IMG/VR virus record: IMGVR_UViG_3300038318_000358
Location: 1-24,128 of that record
Reading direction: 5' to 3' (one strand)
Origin: a virus
Taxonomy: Duplodnaviria; Caudoviricetes
DNA: 24,128 nucleotides
Part shown: in pieces, positions 7,426 through 16,408 of the stretch
How positions within the stretch are numbered: position 1 is the first letter of the stretch
How the letters are laid out: the number at the start of each line of letters is the position of its first letter
Translations under genes and position numbers: made by a program
Notes under the pieces: model-generated
What the model was told of the DNA's origin: nothing
The model's input: only the letters and a program-made list of their open reading frames with translations
Database searches by the model: none

Positions 7426-8466
7426 TTACATCGCCCCTTTCAGTTTTTGTGATAGCGTGAGCACGCCCTTGCCGAACGTGATGTCCAGACTCTGCCCGGT
7501 GCCGTCATAGCTCTCCTCAATCTCCGTAATGCGGGCGGTAAGCGTCACGCCCCATTTTTTTGAAACCACCTTCACGGTCTGTCCGAGGTCAAAATCCGTG
7601 CCGTAGGTCAGATTGCCGTGGGGATTGACGGACGCGTCGAAGGACTGCGCCATTGCAAGCTCGCTCAGCCTGCTCTGCCCCTGAAAGAGCAGGGCGGCGG
7701 TGTATTCGTCCCCGAAATCCTCAGAGCGCAGCGCTTTGGCGTCCACAAATACCTCCCGGCGCTCGGCACCCTCGCTTTCCCCGTACACGGCAAAGACACG
7801 CTCCACGCCTTCGCCCTCGCCGCCGATCAGCGCCACGTTGGCATAGTCCGAGGCGCTTTTCGTGAAGGTCTGGGACGTGAGGTTCTCATACTCCCACGAG
7901 AATACCGCCTGCGACGCGGCGCCTTTGTACAGCTGAATCGTTAACATGCGGGATTCTGGACTGAACACCGCCTTGATGCCCGCGTCCGCCGCCTCGCATA
8001 AGCCGGTCGCCGCGTCCATGAGGTTTTTGTAGGAAATCTGCGTGCTGACCGGGTCCGAAAGCCCGCCGCCGTCATAGGCGATGAAGTCCATCCGCCGGTC
8101 GGGGTTGCCCGGGCTGATGAGGTGGTTATTGATTAACTGCCCCGCGCAGTCGGCAAGCGTGCCGTTTAAAATTTCCGTGTCCCATACGATGCGCCGGGCA
8201 AGGTAGGAAACGGCAAACCGCCCGCCGACGGTGATGAGCTCCTTTTCGTCCTGTGAGATTTCCGCATATTCAATGATGCCGGCTTCCTCACCGCCGCTTT
8301 TCCAAAGAAGATTTCCCAGCGTCAGCAGAGCGAGGTTTTCTGCCGTGGCGATGGCCTTGAGCTCAAAGCTCCCGCACCGGGAATACCGCCTTGTCCAGCG
8401 CAGATATTCAAAGGACTCCACCACGCCGGCAGGGCGGCGGTTCGCGTCAAAAACATACAGTTCCAT
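7426..8466 (-). CDS. Siphovirus tail hub protein (ReqiPepy6 Gp37-like), 346 aa
   Basis: W.RRY..CG.FEL N-terminus, GGEGEG.ER and YG.DFDLG motifs. Follows the distal tail protein. Confidence 0.8.
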   Translation of the reverse strand: MELYVFDANRRPAGVVESFEYLRWTRRYSRCGSFELKAIATAENLALLTLGNLLWKSGGEEAGIIEYAEISQDEKELITVGGRFAVSYLARRIVWDTEILNGTLADCAGQLINNHLISPGNPDRRMDFIAYDGGGLSDPVSTQISYKNLMDAATGLCEAADAGIKAVFSPESRMLTIQLYKGAASQAVFSWEYENLTSQTFTKSASDYANVALIGGEGEGVERVFAVYGESEGAERREVFVDAKALRSEDFGDEYTAALLFQGQSRLSELAMAQSFDASVNPHGNLTYGTDFDLGQTVKVVSKKWGVTLTARITEIEESYDGTGQSLDITFGKGVLTLSQKLKGAM

Positions 8467-8470
8467 AAAA

Positions 8471-9322
8471 TCACACCCCTAAATACTGCGGGCGGTAGTA
8501 CAGGCTGACCTCCAGCAGTTCCTTGCCAGCCGCCGCGTCGTAGCGGAGAGTGGTCGTGCCGGGAGAAAGCTGAAGAAAAGTCGAGCCGGTGTCCAGCAGG
8601 CTGAACACGCTGACTTCCCCGCCGCTCTGCACCCGCACCACCCGCTTGCCCGCGAAATGGGTGTAGACGCGGATTTCCTCGCCGGCGGTCAGGACGGCGT
8701 TCAGGCGGACAAATTCGCCGGTGGTGACATCCATCAGTTCGGGGCTTTCCACTTCACCCAGCGCGCGGAACACGATTCGGCACCCGCAGGACACGTCCCC
8801 GGGATTTTCCACCGTGATAATCTGGCTGGGCTGTCGGGAACCGAATTTGATGCCGCCGTCGGGGATTTCCAGTACAAAATGAAACAGCGGCGTCCAGCGC
8901 GCAAGCTCCGCGCGGACTTCCGCAAGCGCCTCGAAAAAGGGCGAGGGACACAGCAGGCTCACAAAAAAGCCCGGCGCGCGCTCCCTTCCGGAGGCGGTGA
9001 ACCCGGCTTCCTCCACCACGCAGGCAATCTGCCGGTTCCGGTAGGTCAGCGTGCCCTGCTGCTTGGGCGTGAATATCTTCAAAAACTGCCTGCGGTACTC
9101 GTAGGCTGTGTTCGGCGTTCCCGCCACAATCGTGCCCTCCAGCGTGATATTCCGCATATCCAGTGCGGAGGAGATGAAAAAAGCGCCGTCCTGCTGCGGC
9201 GCTTGGAATGTATTGACGGTCTGGCGGACACTCCCCGCGCCGTCAAGCTTCGTCAGAAAGAACGGCTTTGCCTGCCGCAGCGTCAGTTTATCTCCCGATT
9301 CGTTGGTATAGGTCAGTTCCAT
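8471..9322 (-). CDS. Distal tail (Dit-like) protein, 283 aa
   Basis: Directly after the tape measure. QDGA.....L..R.I.L.G and SL.CPSPF motifs, FLQL.PG near the C-terminus. Confidence 0.8.
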   Translation of the reverse strand: MELTYTNESGDKLTLRQAKPFFLTKLDGAGSVRQTVNTFQAPQQDGAFFISSALDMRNITLEGTIVAGTPNTAYEYRRQFLKIFTPKQQGTLTYRNRQIACVVEEAGFTASGRERAPGFFVSLLCPSPFFEALAEVRAELARWTPLFHFVLEIPDGGIKFGSRQPSQIITVENPGDVSCGCRIVFRALGEVESPELMDVTTGEFVRLNAVLTAGEEIRVYTHFAGKRVVRVQSGGEVSVFSLLDTGSTFLQLSPGTTTLRYDAAAGKELLEVSLYYRPQYLGV

Positions 9323-9335
9323 GCCATTCCTCCTC

Positions 9336-11765
9336 TTAAAACTCCAGCGCCAGCTTGCGCGAGAGGTTCTTAAATTCCCGGGCCAGTTCCTTTTCGGACA
9401 GCGCCTTGGGAGTAACCACCGAGATGTTCTGGGTAATGCTTGTGCCCGCGGAAACCGCCCGCCCGGACGCGCCGACGCTTACGGAGAAGCTGGTGGGGAT
9501 GGCATTCTGCATCTCACGCGACACGGAAGCCATGGCATCCTCGAACCCCACGCCGATGCCTTCGCCCATGTTCCGGCCAAGCCCGGCGAACAGCGTCGAG
9601 GGCGAATGGATGCCGAAAAAGTCCTTGATGCGGTTCACGATGCCGCCGAAAAAGCCGCTGATTTTGTTCCACAGCCACGCGCCCGCATCCGAAATACCCT
9701 GCCACAAGCCCTTGATGAGATTTCCGCCCACCTGCGCCATCTGCCCGATGTACCCGGTGAACGCCCGGACAATCCCCGCCACAATCTGCGGCACCGCCTT
9801 GACGATTTCCACAATGATGGACGGCAGATTGGCAATCAGCGAAACCAGAAGCTTGACGCCCGCCGTGATGATTTTCCCGGTGCTGCCGGCGAAGGCGCTC
9901 GATAGGGCGGCGACAATCTGCGGAATGGCGGAGACCACCGTCGTGATGATGAGCGGCAGGTTCTGAATCAGCGCGATGAGCAGCTTGACGCCCGCTTCCA
10001 CAATGAGGGGGATGGAAAGAATCAGCGCGTTTACAAGACCGTCCACAATCTGCGGAATCGCCGCCGTCACCGCTTCGATAATCTGCGGCAAAGCGGCCAC
10101 CAGCGAGGTCAGAAGCTGAATGCCGGCTTCGATGATCTGCGGAATCGAGCCGGCCAGAAAATTCACCAGCGCGGTGATGATGGCGGGCAATGCCGCCACC
10201 AGCTGGGGAATGGCATCGAGCAGTCCCTGTGCCAGACCGAGGATGAGCTGCAGCGCCGCTTCCAGCAGCATCGGCAGATTGTCAATCAGCCCCTGCACAA
10301 TGGTGGTCACGGCGTTTACCGCCGCGGGGATCAGTTCCGGCAGAGCCGAGCCGATGCCTTCCACCAGAGCAGTCACCAGCTGCACCGCCGCATCAATGAG
10401 GAGCGGCAGACTGTCGATGAGAGCGGATACGATGGTCATGACTGCGTCCACCGCCGCAGGAATCAGCTGGGGCAGAAGCGTCAGAAGCGTGTCGAGCACC
10501 TGTGTGAACAGGCTGACCACGGTAGACAGCAGCGTGGGGAGCAGTTCCCCGACCGCCTGCAAAATCCCGTCCAGAGCGGCCGGCAGAGCGGCGACGATGT
10601 TCTCAATCACCGGCGTAATGTTCTTGACCACATTCTGAAAGGCTTCCACCACATTGCCGATCAGCAGCTGAATATCCGCGTCCGCGTCGCCCAGCCCCGC
10701 CGTCAGGTTTCCGATGGCCGACTGCATCCCGGCGATGGACCCGCTGATGGTTTCTGTCGCTTCCTTGGCGGTCGTGCCCGTAATGCTCATTTCCGTCTGA
10801 ATGACATGGATGGCCGCGTACACGTCGTTCAGATTGCTGATGTCGTACTTCTGCCCGGAGAGCTTTTCGGCGTCGGCCAGCAGGCGCTCCATCTCGGTTT
10901 TTGTGCCGCCGTAGCCGAGCTTGAGATTGTCGAGCATCGTGTAGTTCTGCTTGGCAAAGCCCTGATAGGCGTCTTGAATAGAGGAAATGCTTGTACCCAT
11001 TTTGTTGGCGTTGTCCGCCATGTCGGTAATCGCCGTGTCCGCCGCCTTGGCCGCCTTGGCGGTGTCGCCGCCGAGGGACTGAATGAGGCTGGCCGAAAAG
11101 CTGGTGACCGTCTCCATGTACTCATTGGCGGACATGCCGGCGGTCTTAAAAGCGTTGGCGGCATAGCCCTGGACGGCCGCACTGGAATCCTTGAACAGCG
11201 TGTCCACGCCGCCCACCAGCTGCTCGTAGTCCGCATAAGCGGAAATGACTTCCTTGCCGAGCTTGACGGCGGCGGCACCGGCGGCGACCACGACCGCTCC
11301 CATCGCCACGCCGACGCCCTTGAGAACGCCGCCCAGCTTTTCAAATTTGGAGCCGGACTTTTCCGCCTCGTCGCCGCTTTCCTTGAGTTCATTTCCCAAA
11401 TTGTCCGCGCCCTCGGTGGATTCTGACAGCTCGCGCTCCATGCCGTTGAGCTCCGCCTGCGCTTTGTTCAGCTGAATCTGCCAGTTCTGGGTACGGCGGT
11501 CATTTTCGCCGAAGGAGTCGGAGGCGTTTTGCAAAGCGGCGCGCAGGGTTTCAATTTTTGCCTTCTGGGCGTCGATCTGCTTGTTGAGAACTTCATTCCG
11601 GGCGGCGGCCGCCTGCACGGATTTGTCCTGCCTGTCAAACTGGCTGGTGACAAGCGTCATTTCAGAGCCGAGGACTTTGAAACTTTGGTTGATATCCGAG
11701 AGTGCTTTTTTAAACTCCTTTTCGCCCTCCACGCCGATTTTCAGGCCGAAATCGGAACTGGACAT
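9336..11765 (-). CDS. Tail tape measure protein, about 809 aa
   Basis: FGLKIGVEGEKEFK N-terminus, coiled coil, YTMLDNLKLGYGGTK.EM.RLL motif, periodic (L/I)PQ(I/L) repeats, GIHSPS C-terminal motif. ATG at 11765 after GGAGGTG. Confidence 0.95.
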   Translation of the reverse strand: MSSSDFGLKIGVEGEKEFKKALSDINQSFKVLGSEMTLVTSQFDRQDKSVQAAAARNEVLNKQIDAQKAKIETLRAALQNASDSFGENDRRTQNWQIQLNKAQAELNGMERELSESTEGADNLGNELKESGDEAEKSGSKFEKLGGVLKGVGVAMGAVVVAAGAAAVKLGKEVISAYADYEQLVGGVDTLFKDSSAAVQGYAANAFKTAGMSANEYMETVTSFSASLIQSLGGDTAKAAKAADTAITDMADNANKMGTSISSIQDAYQGFAKQNYTMLDNLKLGYGGTKTEMERLLADAEKLSGQKYDISNLNDVYAAIHVIQTEMSITGTTAKEATETISGSIAGMQSAIGNLTAGLGDADADIQLLIGNVVEAFQNVVKNITPVIENIVAALPAALDGILQAVGELLPTLLSTVVSLFTQVLDTLLTLLPQLIPAAVDAVMTIVSALIDSLPLLIDAAVQLVTALVEGIGSALPELIPAAVNAVTTIVQGLIDNLPMLLEAALQLILGLAQGLLDAIPQLVAALPAIITALVNFLAGSIPQIIEAGIQLLTSLVAALPQIIEAVTAAIPQIVDGLVNALILSIPLIVEAGVKLLIALIQNLPLIITTVVSAIPQIVAALSSAFAGSTGKIITAGVKLLVSLIANLPSIIVEIVKAVPQIVAGIVRAFTGYIGQMAQVGGNLIKGLWQGISDAGAWLWNKISGFFGGIVNRIKDFFGIHSPSTLFAGLGRNMGEGIGVGFEDAMASVSREMQNAIPTSFSVSVGASGRAVSAGTSITQNISVVTPKALSEKELAREFKNLSRKLALEF

Positions 11766-11780
11766 GGCAATCACCTCCCT

Positions 11781-11990
11781 TCAAATCCCCGGCGGGATGA
11801 TATCGTCAATGGAAAAGGTCTGCTTCGGCTTTTCCATGCCGAGAAACTGCTTGTGACACGCCCATAAATCCAGAAACAGCCCGATGGGCATCAGCCAGAA
11901 TTCCTCCGCGCTTATGCCCATCTGCACCGTTCCGTAATAGAGCAGGCGCGTGAACACTTCCTCCGTGCTCACGCGCCCTGTGTGTTTTTT
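11781..11990 (-). CDS. C-terminal part of the frameshifted tail assembly chaperone (gpGT-like)
   Basis: The -1 frame is open from the slippery site to 11781, encoding FTRLLYYGTVQMGISAEEFWLMPIGLFLDLW...IDDIIPPGI, directly before the tape measure. Confidence 0.75.
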   Translation of the reverse strand, partial: KKHTGRVSTEEVFTRLLYYGTVQMGISAEEFWLMPIGLFLDLWACHKQFLGMEKPKQTFSIDDIIPPGI

Positions 11991-12358
11991 GTGCCGTTTT
12001 CGCTTTCGCTTTCCACATTCCGCGCCGTACCCTTGAACATCGCTTTGGTGATGGCGTGTTTGTACGCCGCCAGATCCAGCGGCGAGGTCAGCAGTTCCAC
12101 GTCCTCCTCGGTGAGCAGTTCCTGCGGCGCGTCCTTGTTTTTGAGGTTGTGAATCAAAATGGACTGATTCGCCAGCAGGGTAAGAAGCCAAATGATCTCA
12201 TCCAGCGCCATCTCGAAGTTCTCGGACTTCATCAGCTTTTCGCCGAGGTTCTCCAGCCCGCCGTAGCGGCGCGCGATTTCCTTGGTGGCGCGGGTGGTGA
12301 GAATGAGCTCATACTCTTTTCCGCCGATTTTGATTACGGCGGCTTGTTCGTTTTCCAT
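11969..12358 (-). CDS. Tail assembly chaperone (gpG-like), 129 aa
   Basis: Lies between the tail tube and tape measure, RBS AAGGAGG, and ends with slippery heptamer A AAA AAC. Confidence 0.8.
   Translation of the reverse strand: MENEQAAVIKIGGKEYELILTTRATKEIARRYGGLENLGEKLMKSENFEMALDEIIWLLTLLANQSILIHNLKNKDAPQELLTEEDVELLTSPLDLAAYKHAITKAMFKGTARNVESESENGTKNTQGA
11984..11990 (-). other. Programmed -1 ribosomal frameshift heptamer A-AAA-AAC
   Basis: In-frame ACA AAA AAC (Thr-Lys-Asn) fits X XXY YYZ, a few codons before the TGA stop. Confidence 0.8.
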
Positions 12359-12371
12359 GCGTCAGCCCTCC

Positions 12372-12971
12372 TTATTCGCCTGCCGGCGCTTCGGTGTAGG
12401 TGGGTTCGTACACCTGCCCGAACCAACCGGAGATGGTTTCAGTCGTAACGCCGGAAGCGCCCTCGGAAACCTCCGCCTTCCACGGATGCGTTCCCTTGGC
12501 GTCCGGTTTGTTGCGGCGCATGACCGTGCCTTCAATGCTGGGCGTTTGAAAGGTGATGGAATCGCCTTTAGTCTGCAGGTTAGTCGCCGGAATGCCGAAA
12601 ATGACACGGTACAGCCAGAAATACCGGTACTTGCCGTTTGCCCGCAGGGCGCGGAAACCGATGGCCACCGGCGGGGCGATGTTTTCGCCGGCGGAGATGA
12701 GCACGCCGTTGTCGTCCGCCAAAGCACCGGTGAGATTCTGTGCGGCTGTGATGCCGATATCGTCCACACCCAGCGTCAGCTTGCCGGATTTGAAGTCCTT
12801 GACCACCTCCGACGCGCCGTCGTCAGCGTAAAGCGTCGCTTCGGCAAGTTCCACGGACAATTCCGCCGAGATGGCCTTTGCGAGAATTTCCGGGGTGTCG
12901 TAGGTTTCCTCGCCGTCCTCGGCTTCGGTGATTTTTGCGTAATAGAGCTTATCCATTCCAATGGTAGCCAT
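12372..12971 (-). CDS. Major tail tube protein (phi13 family-like), 199 aa
   Basis: MATIG.DKLYYA, LYADDG, AIGFRA...NGKYRYFWLYRV.F and TKGDSITF.TP.IEG motifs. Confidence 0.92.
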   Translation of the reverse strand: MATIGMDKLYYAKITEAEDGEETYDTPEILAKAISAELSVELAEATLYADDGASEVVKDFKSGKLTLGVDDIGITAAQNLTGALADDNGVLISAGENIAPPVAIGFRALRANGKYRYFWLYRVIFGIPATNLQTKGDSITFQTPSIEGTVMRRNKPDAKGTHPWKAEVSEGASGVTTETISGWFGQVYEPTYTEAPAGE

Positions 12972-12974
12972 ATA

Positions 12975-13313
12975 TTATTCCTCCGTTTCATAAGACTGTG
13001 CGATGTCAATCGCCCAGTGGTGGTAGCCGGTATCGTCCTCATGTCCGACATAGGTGCGTGCCGTGATGGTAAAGCCAGCACGAAGCAGAGCACCGGTAAT
13101 CTGACGTTTGTGCTGAAGGTAATTGCCCTTGGAAAAGAACGAAATCCGCACCTCCGACACATCCATCAGCGGCGCGTTGTCGCCGAACAGGGCGAAATCG
13201 TCGGTCAGCGGCGTCAGCACCAGATATTCGTCGGGCGGAACGCCGGAAAAAACGCCCGTCTCCACAGGGAGAATGGGCGTGAGAAGCGTATTGAGTTCCG
13301 AAAGTACGCTCAT
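12975..13313 (-). CDS. Tail completion/terminator-like protein, 112 aa
   Basis: Position before the tail tube. C-terminal E.DTGYHH.A.D motif. Confidence 0.75.
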   Translation of the reverse strand: MSVLSELNTLLTPILPVETGVFSGVPPDEYLVLTPLTDDFALFGDNAPLMDVSEVRISFFSKGNYLQHKRQITGALLRAGFTITARTYVGHEDDTGYHHWAIDIAQSYETEE

Positions 13314-13744
13314 ATTTTCCGCACCTCCTCGTCCAGCTTTGATTTCATCGTTTCAACGCAGGCCTTGCGGCTCTGGGTTTTCGCCGGCTTGAGAAAGGGC
13401 TTGGGCGGCTGACCGGATTTTCCGTACTCCAGAATATTAGCGATTTTTGCGTTACTGTCACCGTCTGAGCGAGGCTCGGCAAAGCCGACCTTGATGTCCC
13501 AGCCCGAGCCGTCCCGCTTGGGCTTAGCGGGCGAAAGCCCCAGCGCACTTTCCAATTCGCCGGTGGAGCGGCTTGGAATTTTCGTGCCTTTGCCGATGAC
13601 GGCGGAAAGGTTGGACTTCACCCGCTCCAGCACCACCTGCCCGCCGGCTTCGAGAACCTTCGGCAGAATTTCGTCCGTCTTTTCATTCAGCCGGGAAACT
13701 TTCAAAAGAAAGTCCTCCGGCATCTTCATTTCCATTCGTGCCAT
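13310..13744 (-). CDS. HK97 gp10-family neck protein, 144 aa
   Basis: TGEL...L, LEYG.S.QPPKPFLKPA motifs. Confidence 0.88.
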   Translation of the reverse strand: MARMEMKMPEDFLLKVSRLNEKTDEILPKVLEAGGQVVLERVKSNLSAVIGKGTKIPSRSTGELESALGLSPAKPKRDGSGWDIKVGFAEPRSDGDSNAKIANILEYGKSGQPPKPFLKPAKTQSRKACVETMKSKLDEEVRKI

Positions 13745-13745
13745 A

Positions 13746-14081
13746 TCAATTCACACTCCCTTCCACCAGTTCGCACAGGCACTCCACATACATCCCGCGC
13801 CCGCGCACGTCCTCCGCACTGATAATCCGATAGCGCTTCTCCTTGCAGACGATGAAATGTGCCGGACTGACTTCGACGCCGGGGATTTTACGGAAGCGGA
13901 ACAGCACGGACGCTTCGGAAAAGACCGCCATGTTTGCCCAGCGTTCCGAGCCGTTGCGCTCCTCTTTGTAGGCGCGAACCGAGGCAAGGAGCGTGTCGCC
14001 TTGGGTAACGAAGCCGTCCTCGTCCTTGACCGGCGCGTTGGAGATGATGTCGATGAAACTGTTCATTTTTCCGAAAGACAT
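13746..14081 (-). CDS. Head closure / head-tail adaptor protein, about 111 aa
   Basis: KD.DGF, F.FR.IPG and Y.I.S.EDVRGRGMY.E motifs, plus synteny. ATG at 14081. Confidence 0.85.
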   Translation of the reverse strand: MSFGKMNSFIDIISNAPVKDEDGFVTQGDTLLASVRAYKEERNGSERWANMAVFSEASVLFRFRKIPGVEVSPAHFIVCKEKRYRIISAEDVRGRGMYVECLCELVEGSVN

Positions 14082-14083
14082 AC

Positions 14084-14395
14084 TCAAACCTTCCAATCCC
14101 GATCAAGCCGCAGCAGCAGGTTGACCGTTTCCCAGACCTGCCGACCCGCTTGCACGGAATCGGCAAAAAAGCCGCCCGTGGAACCATCGCGGCTTTCATA
14201 GAAATGCGATGCCAGCATGATGACCGCCTGTTCTGTGGTTGCCGGCATCGTATTTTCTGTGTAATAGCCCTCTGGAATGTGCTGATAGCTTTCGGCATAA
14301 CGGACGGCGGCGGTGATGTACATCTGCAGAAGCTCGTCGTCTTGTGTATGCGATAGAATCAGATTGGCTTTGACTTTTTCAAGCAGGATGTCCAT
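14084..14395 (-). CDS. Head-tail connector (HK97 gp6-like), about 103 aa
   Basis: LEKVKANL....DDELL..YI.AA and QAVIMLASHFYE.R motifs. ATG at 14395 after AAAGGAGG. Confidence 0.9.
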   Translation of the reverse strand: MDILLEKVKANLILSHTQDDELLQMYITAAVRYAESYQHIPEGYYTENTMPATTEQAVIMLASHFYESRDGSTGGFFADSVQAGRQVWETVNLLLRLDRDWKV

Positions 14396-14422
14396 TCCCG
14401 CCGCCTCCTTTCGTTCTAACAC

Positions 14423-15604
14423 TTACGAGCCCATTTGCAGAAGCTGAATGCCCTCGGCGAGAATGACCTTGCCGTCCACACGCTCGGCGGCGATGAAGCC
14501 CACCTGTCCGTTTCCGGCGTAGAGTTCGTTCAGGCGCTGCACCGTGCGGCCCATGCGGTCGGCAATCCAGTAGTTGGAGAAATCCCCGAATGCAATGGGC
14601 AGAGCGCCCGCCTCCGCCGCCGGCACATACGGACTGGTGTAGAGCGGATAGCCCAGCAGCCGGTCCGGCTGACCTGCCTGCACGGAGGGCTGCCAGAGGT
14701 ACGCGCCGTTGGAATCCTTCAGCTTGCGCAGGGCGGATACGGTGATGTCCTTCATGAGAAACACTGCGTTTCTCCGATAGGGGCTTTTGAGTGCGTAAAT
14801 CAGGTCGATGAGATTGTCCACGGTGATGGCCGTCGGGGAGCTTGCCGTCACGCCTACCGTGCCGCCGCTTGCGGTGAAAATGCCCGTGGGCTGACCGGTT
14901 CCGGTTCCGACGCAGAAGGCTTCTTCCTCGGCAATGCCAAAGGCTCTGGCAAACTCCCGCGCGATGTAGCTCTCCAAATCGAACATACTGTCCTGAAGCA
15001 GCTCCACGGAAACCTTGACAAGGTCGGTCAGCTTGAAAGCGTCAATGGTTTTCTGCGCAAATGCGGGGTCGCTCTCGGTGTAGGCGGCGTTTTCCGCCGT
15101 CCACTGGGCGGTGGAATGGGTGGCGGCAATGGGAATTTTACGCTCCGCCGACGTGTTGATAGTCTTGGCAAGGGAGCGGATGATGTTCGCCTCCTCCAGA
15201 CCGGTCACAATCTGGGTTTCAAATTCCGTCGGAACCAGATAGCCGCCGTCGGTGTCGGGGGACGTGCTCAGCACGTTGTTGACGGGCGCTCTGCCGCGCA
15301 GAATGTTGAGAAAATCCGCGCGGTATTCGGCGGTTGCGCGGGGAGAAACGGGTTTTGCGCCCTGTGCGCCGGGCTTTTCGGTCAGCGGTGCGCTGGTGGG
15401 ACGGCTCATTTCCGCATCCCGCGCCACGCGGTCCTCCTCAATGGCAATCTGCCGCGCCATGGCGTCCACATCGGCGAGCATCTTGTCGTAGGTGGCGTTG
15501 TCTTCGGCAGAGAGCACGCCATCCTTGGCGCGTGCGTCCAGGAACGCCTTTGCCGCGTCCCATGCCTTTGCGCGCTTTTCGCGCAGTTCAAGTACCTTTT
15601 TCAT
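14423..15604 (-). CDS. Major capsid protein, HK97 family, 393 aa
   Basis: N-terminal coiled-coil delta domain, GGYLVP.EF, VS.ELLQDS, LKDSNG.YLWQP, FGDFS.Y.I.DR motifs. Confidence 0.97.
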   Translation of the reverse strand: MKKVLELREKRAKAWDAAKAFLDARAKDGVLSAEDNATYDKMLADVDAMARQIAIEEDRVARDAEMSRPTSAPLTEKPGAQGAKPVSPRATAEYRADFLNILRGRAPVNNVLSTSPDTDGGYLVPTEFETQIVTGLEEANIIRSLAKTINTSAERKIPIAATHSTAQWTAENAAYTESDPAFAQKTIDAFKLTDLVKVSVELLQDSMFDLESYIAREFARAFGIAEEEAFCVGTGTGQPTGIFTASGGTVGVTASSPTAITVDNLIDLIYALKSPYRRNAVFLMKDITVSALRKLKDSNGAYLWQPSVQAGQPDRLLGYPLYTSPYVPAAEAGALPIAFGDFSNYWIADRMGRTVQRLNELYAGNGQVGFIAAERVDGKVILAEGIQLLQMGS

Positions 15605-15619
15605 AATCCAATACCTCCG

Positions 15620-16408
15620 TTACATGTATTTACGGGCCTGCAGCTTCTGCATAGCCTCGGTGATGGAAACGCCCTCGGTGCAAGCATCTTCGCTGTTTGT
15701 ACCATGGACGTTCTCCGGCTTCTTTTCCGCTTTCGAAGCGGATTTCGGGATGAGCTTGTTCATAAGCGAGTTGGTAACCGCCCTGCGGGAAAAAGCAAAA
15801 ACGACATCCTCGGTGCGGCCGCGTTTTGCGTCCTCGAGAATGCCGTCCGCAAAGCCCAGCTCAATGGCTTTGTTGGCGTTCATATAGGTTTCGCCGTCCA
15901 TGAGATGCGAGATTTTCGCCCGCGACTGTCCGGTCTTGATTTCGTAGGCGTTGATGATGCTTTCCTTGACCTCGGAGAGCATATCGATTGCCTTCTGCAT
16001 TTCCTCGGTGTCGCCGATGGCAATAGTCAGCGGATTGTGAATCATCATAAGCGCCGTGGGCGCCATCAGCACCTGCGTTCCCGCCATCGCAATCACGCTT
16101 GCCGCGGAAGCCGCGATGCCGTCGATTTTGACCGTGACCTCGTGCGGATAATCCATCAGCATGGTGTAAATCTGGCTTGCCGCCACGCAGTCGCCGCCGG
16201 GAGAGTTAATCCATACCACAATATCGCCGCCGCCGGCCATCAGCTCATCCTTGAACATTCTGGGTGTGATTTCATCACCCCACCAGCTTTCATCCGCAAT
16301 CGTGCCGTCGAGGTAAAGGGTGCGCACACCCGTGCTTTCATCGTTGTCCCAATTCCAAAAATGCGTTTTATCGCGTGCCCGGACGGGACTTCGTTTGGTT
16401 TTGTCCAT
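15620..16408 (-). CDS. ClpP-type prohead maturation protease, about 262 aa
   Basis: INSPGGD, GIAASAAS (catalytic Ser), MIHNP (His) and GFAD motifs. ATG at 16408 after GGAGG. Confidence 0.95.
   Translation of the reverse strand: MDKTKRSPVRARDKTHFWNWDNDESTGVRTLYLDGTIADESWWGDEITPRMFKDELMAGGGDIVVWINSPGGDCVAASQIYTMLMDYPHEVTVKIDGIAASAASVIAMAGTQVLMAPTALMMIHNPLTIAIGDTEEMQKAIDMLSEVKESIINAYEIKTGQSRAKISHLMDGETYMNANKAIELGFADGILEDAKRGRTEDVVFAFSRRAVTNSLMNKLIPKSASKAEKKPENVHGTNSEDACTEGVSITEAMQKLQARKYM

Noticed and set aside
11781-12191. 136-aa ORF as annotated in the ORF track
   Set aside because: Its N-terminal part overlaps the chaperone gene out of frame. Only the portion after the slippery site is likely translated, as a frameshift fusion.
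12282-13412. 376-aa plus-strand ORF, and other plus-strand ORFs across the tail region
   Set aside because: They overlap clear tail genes on the opposite strand and have low-information composition.
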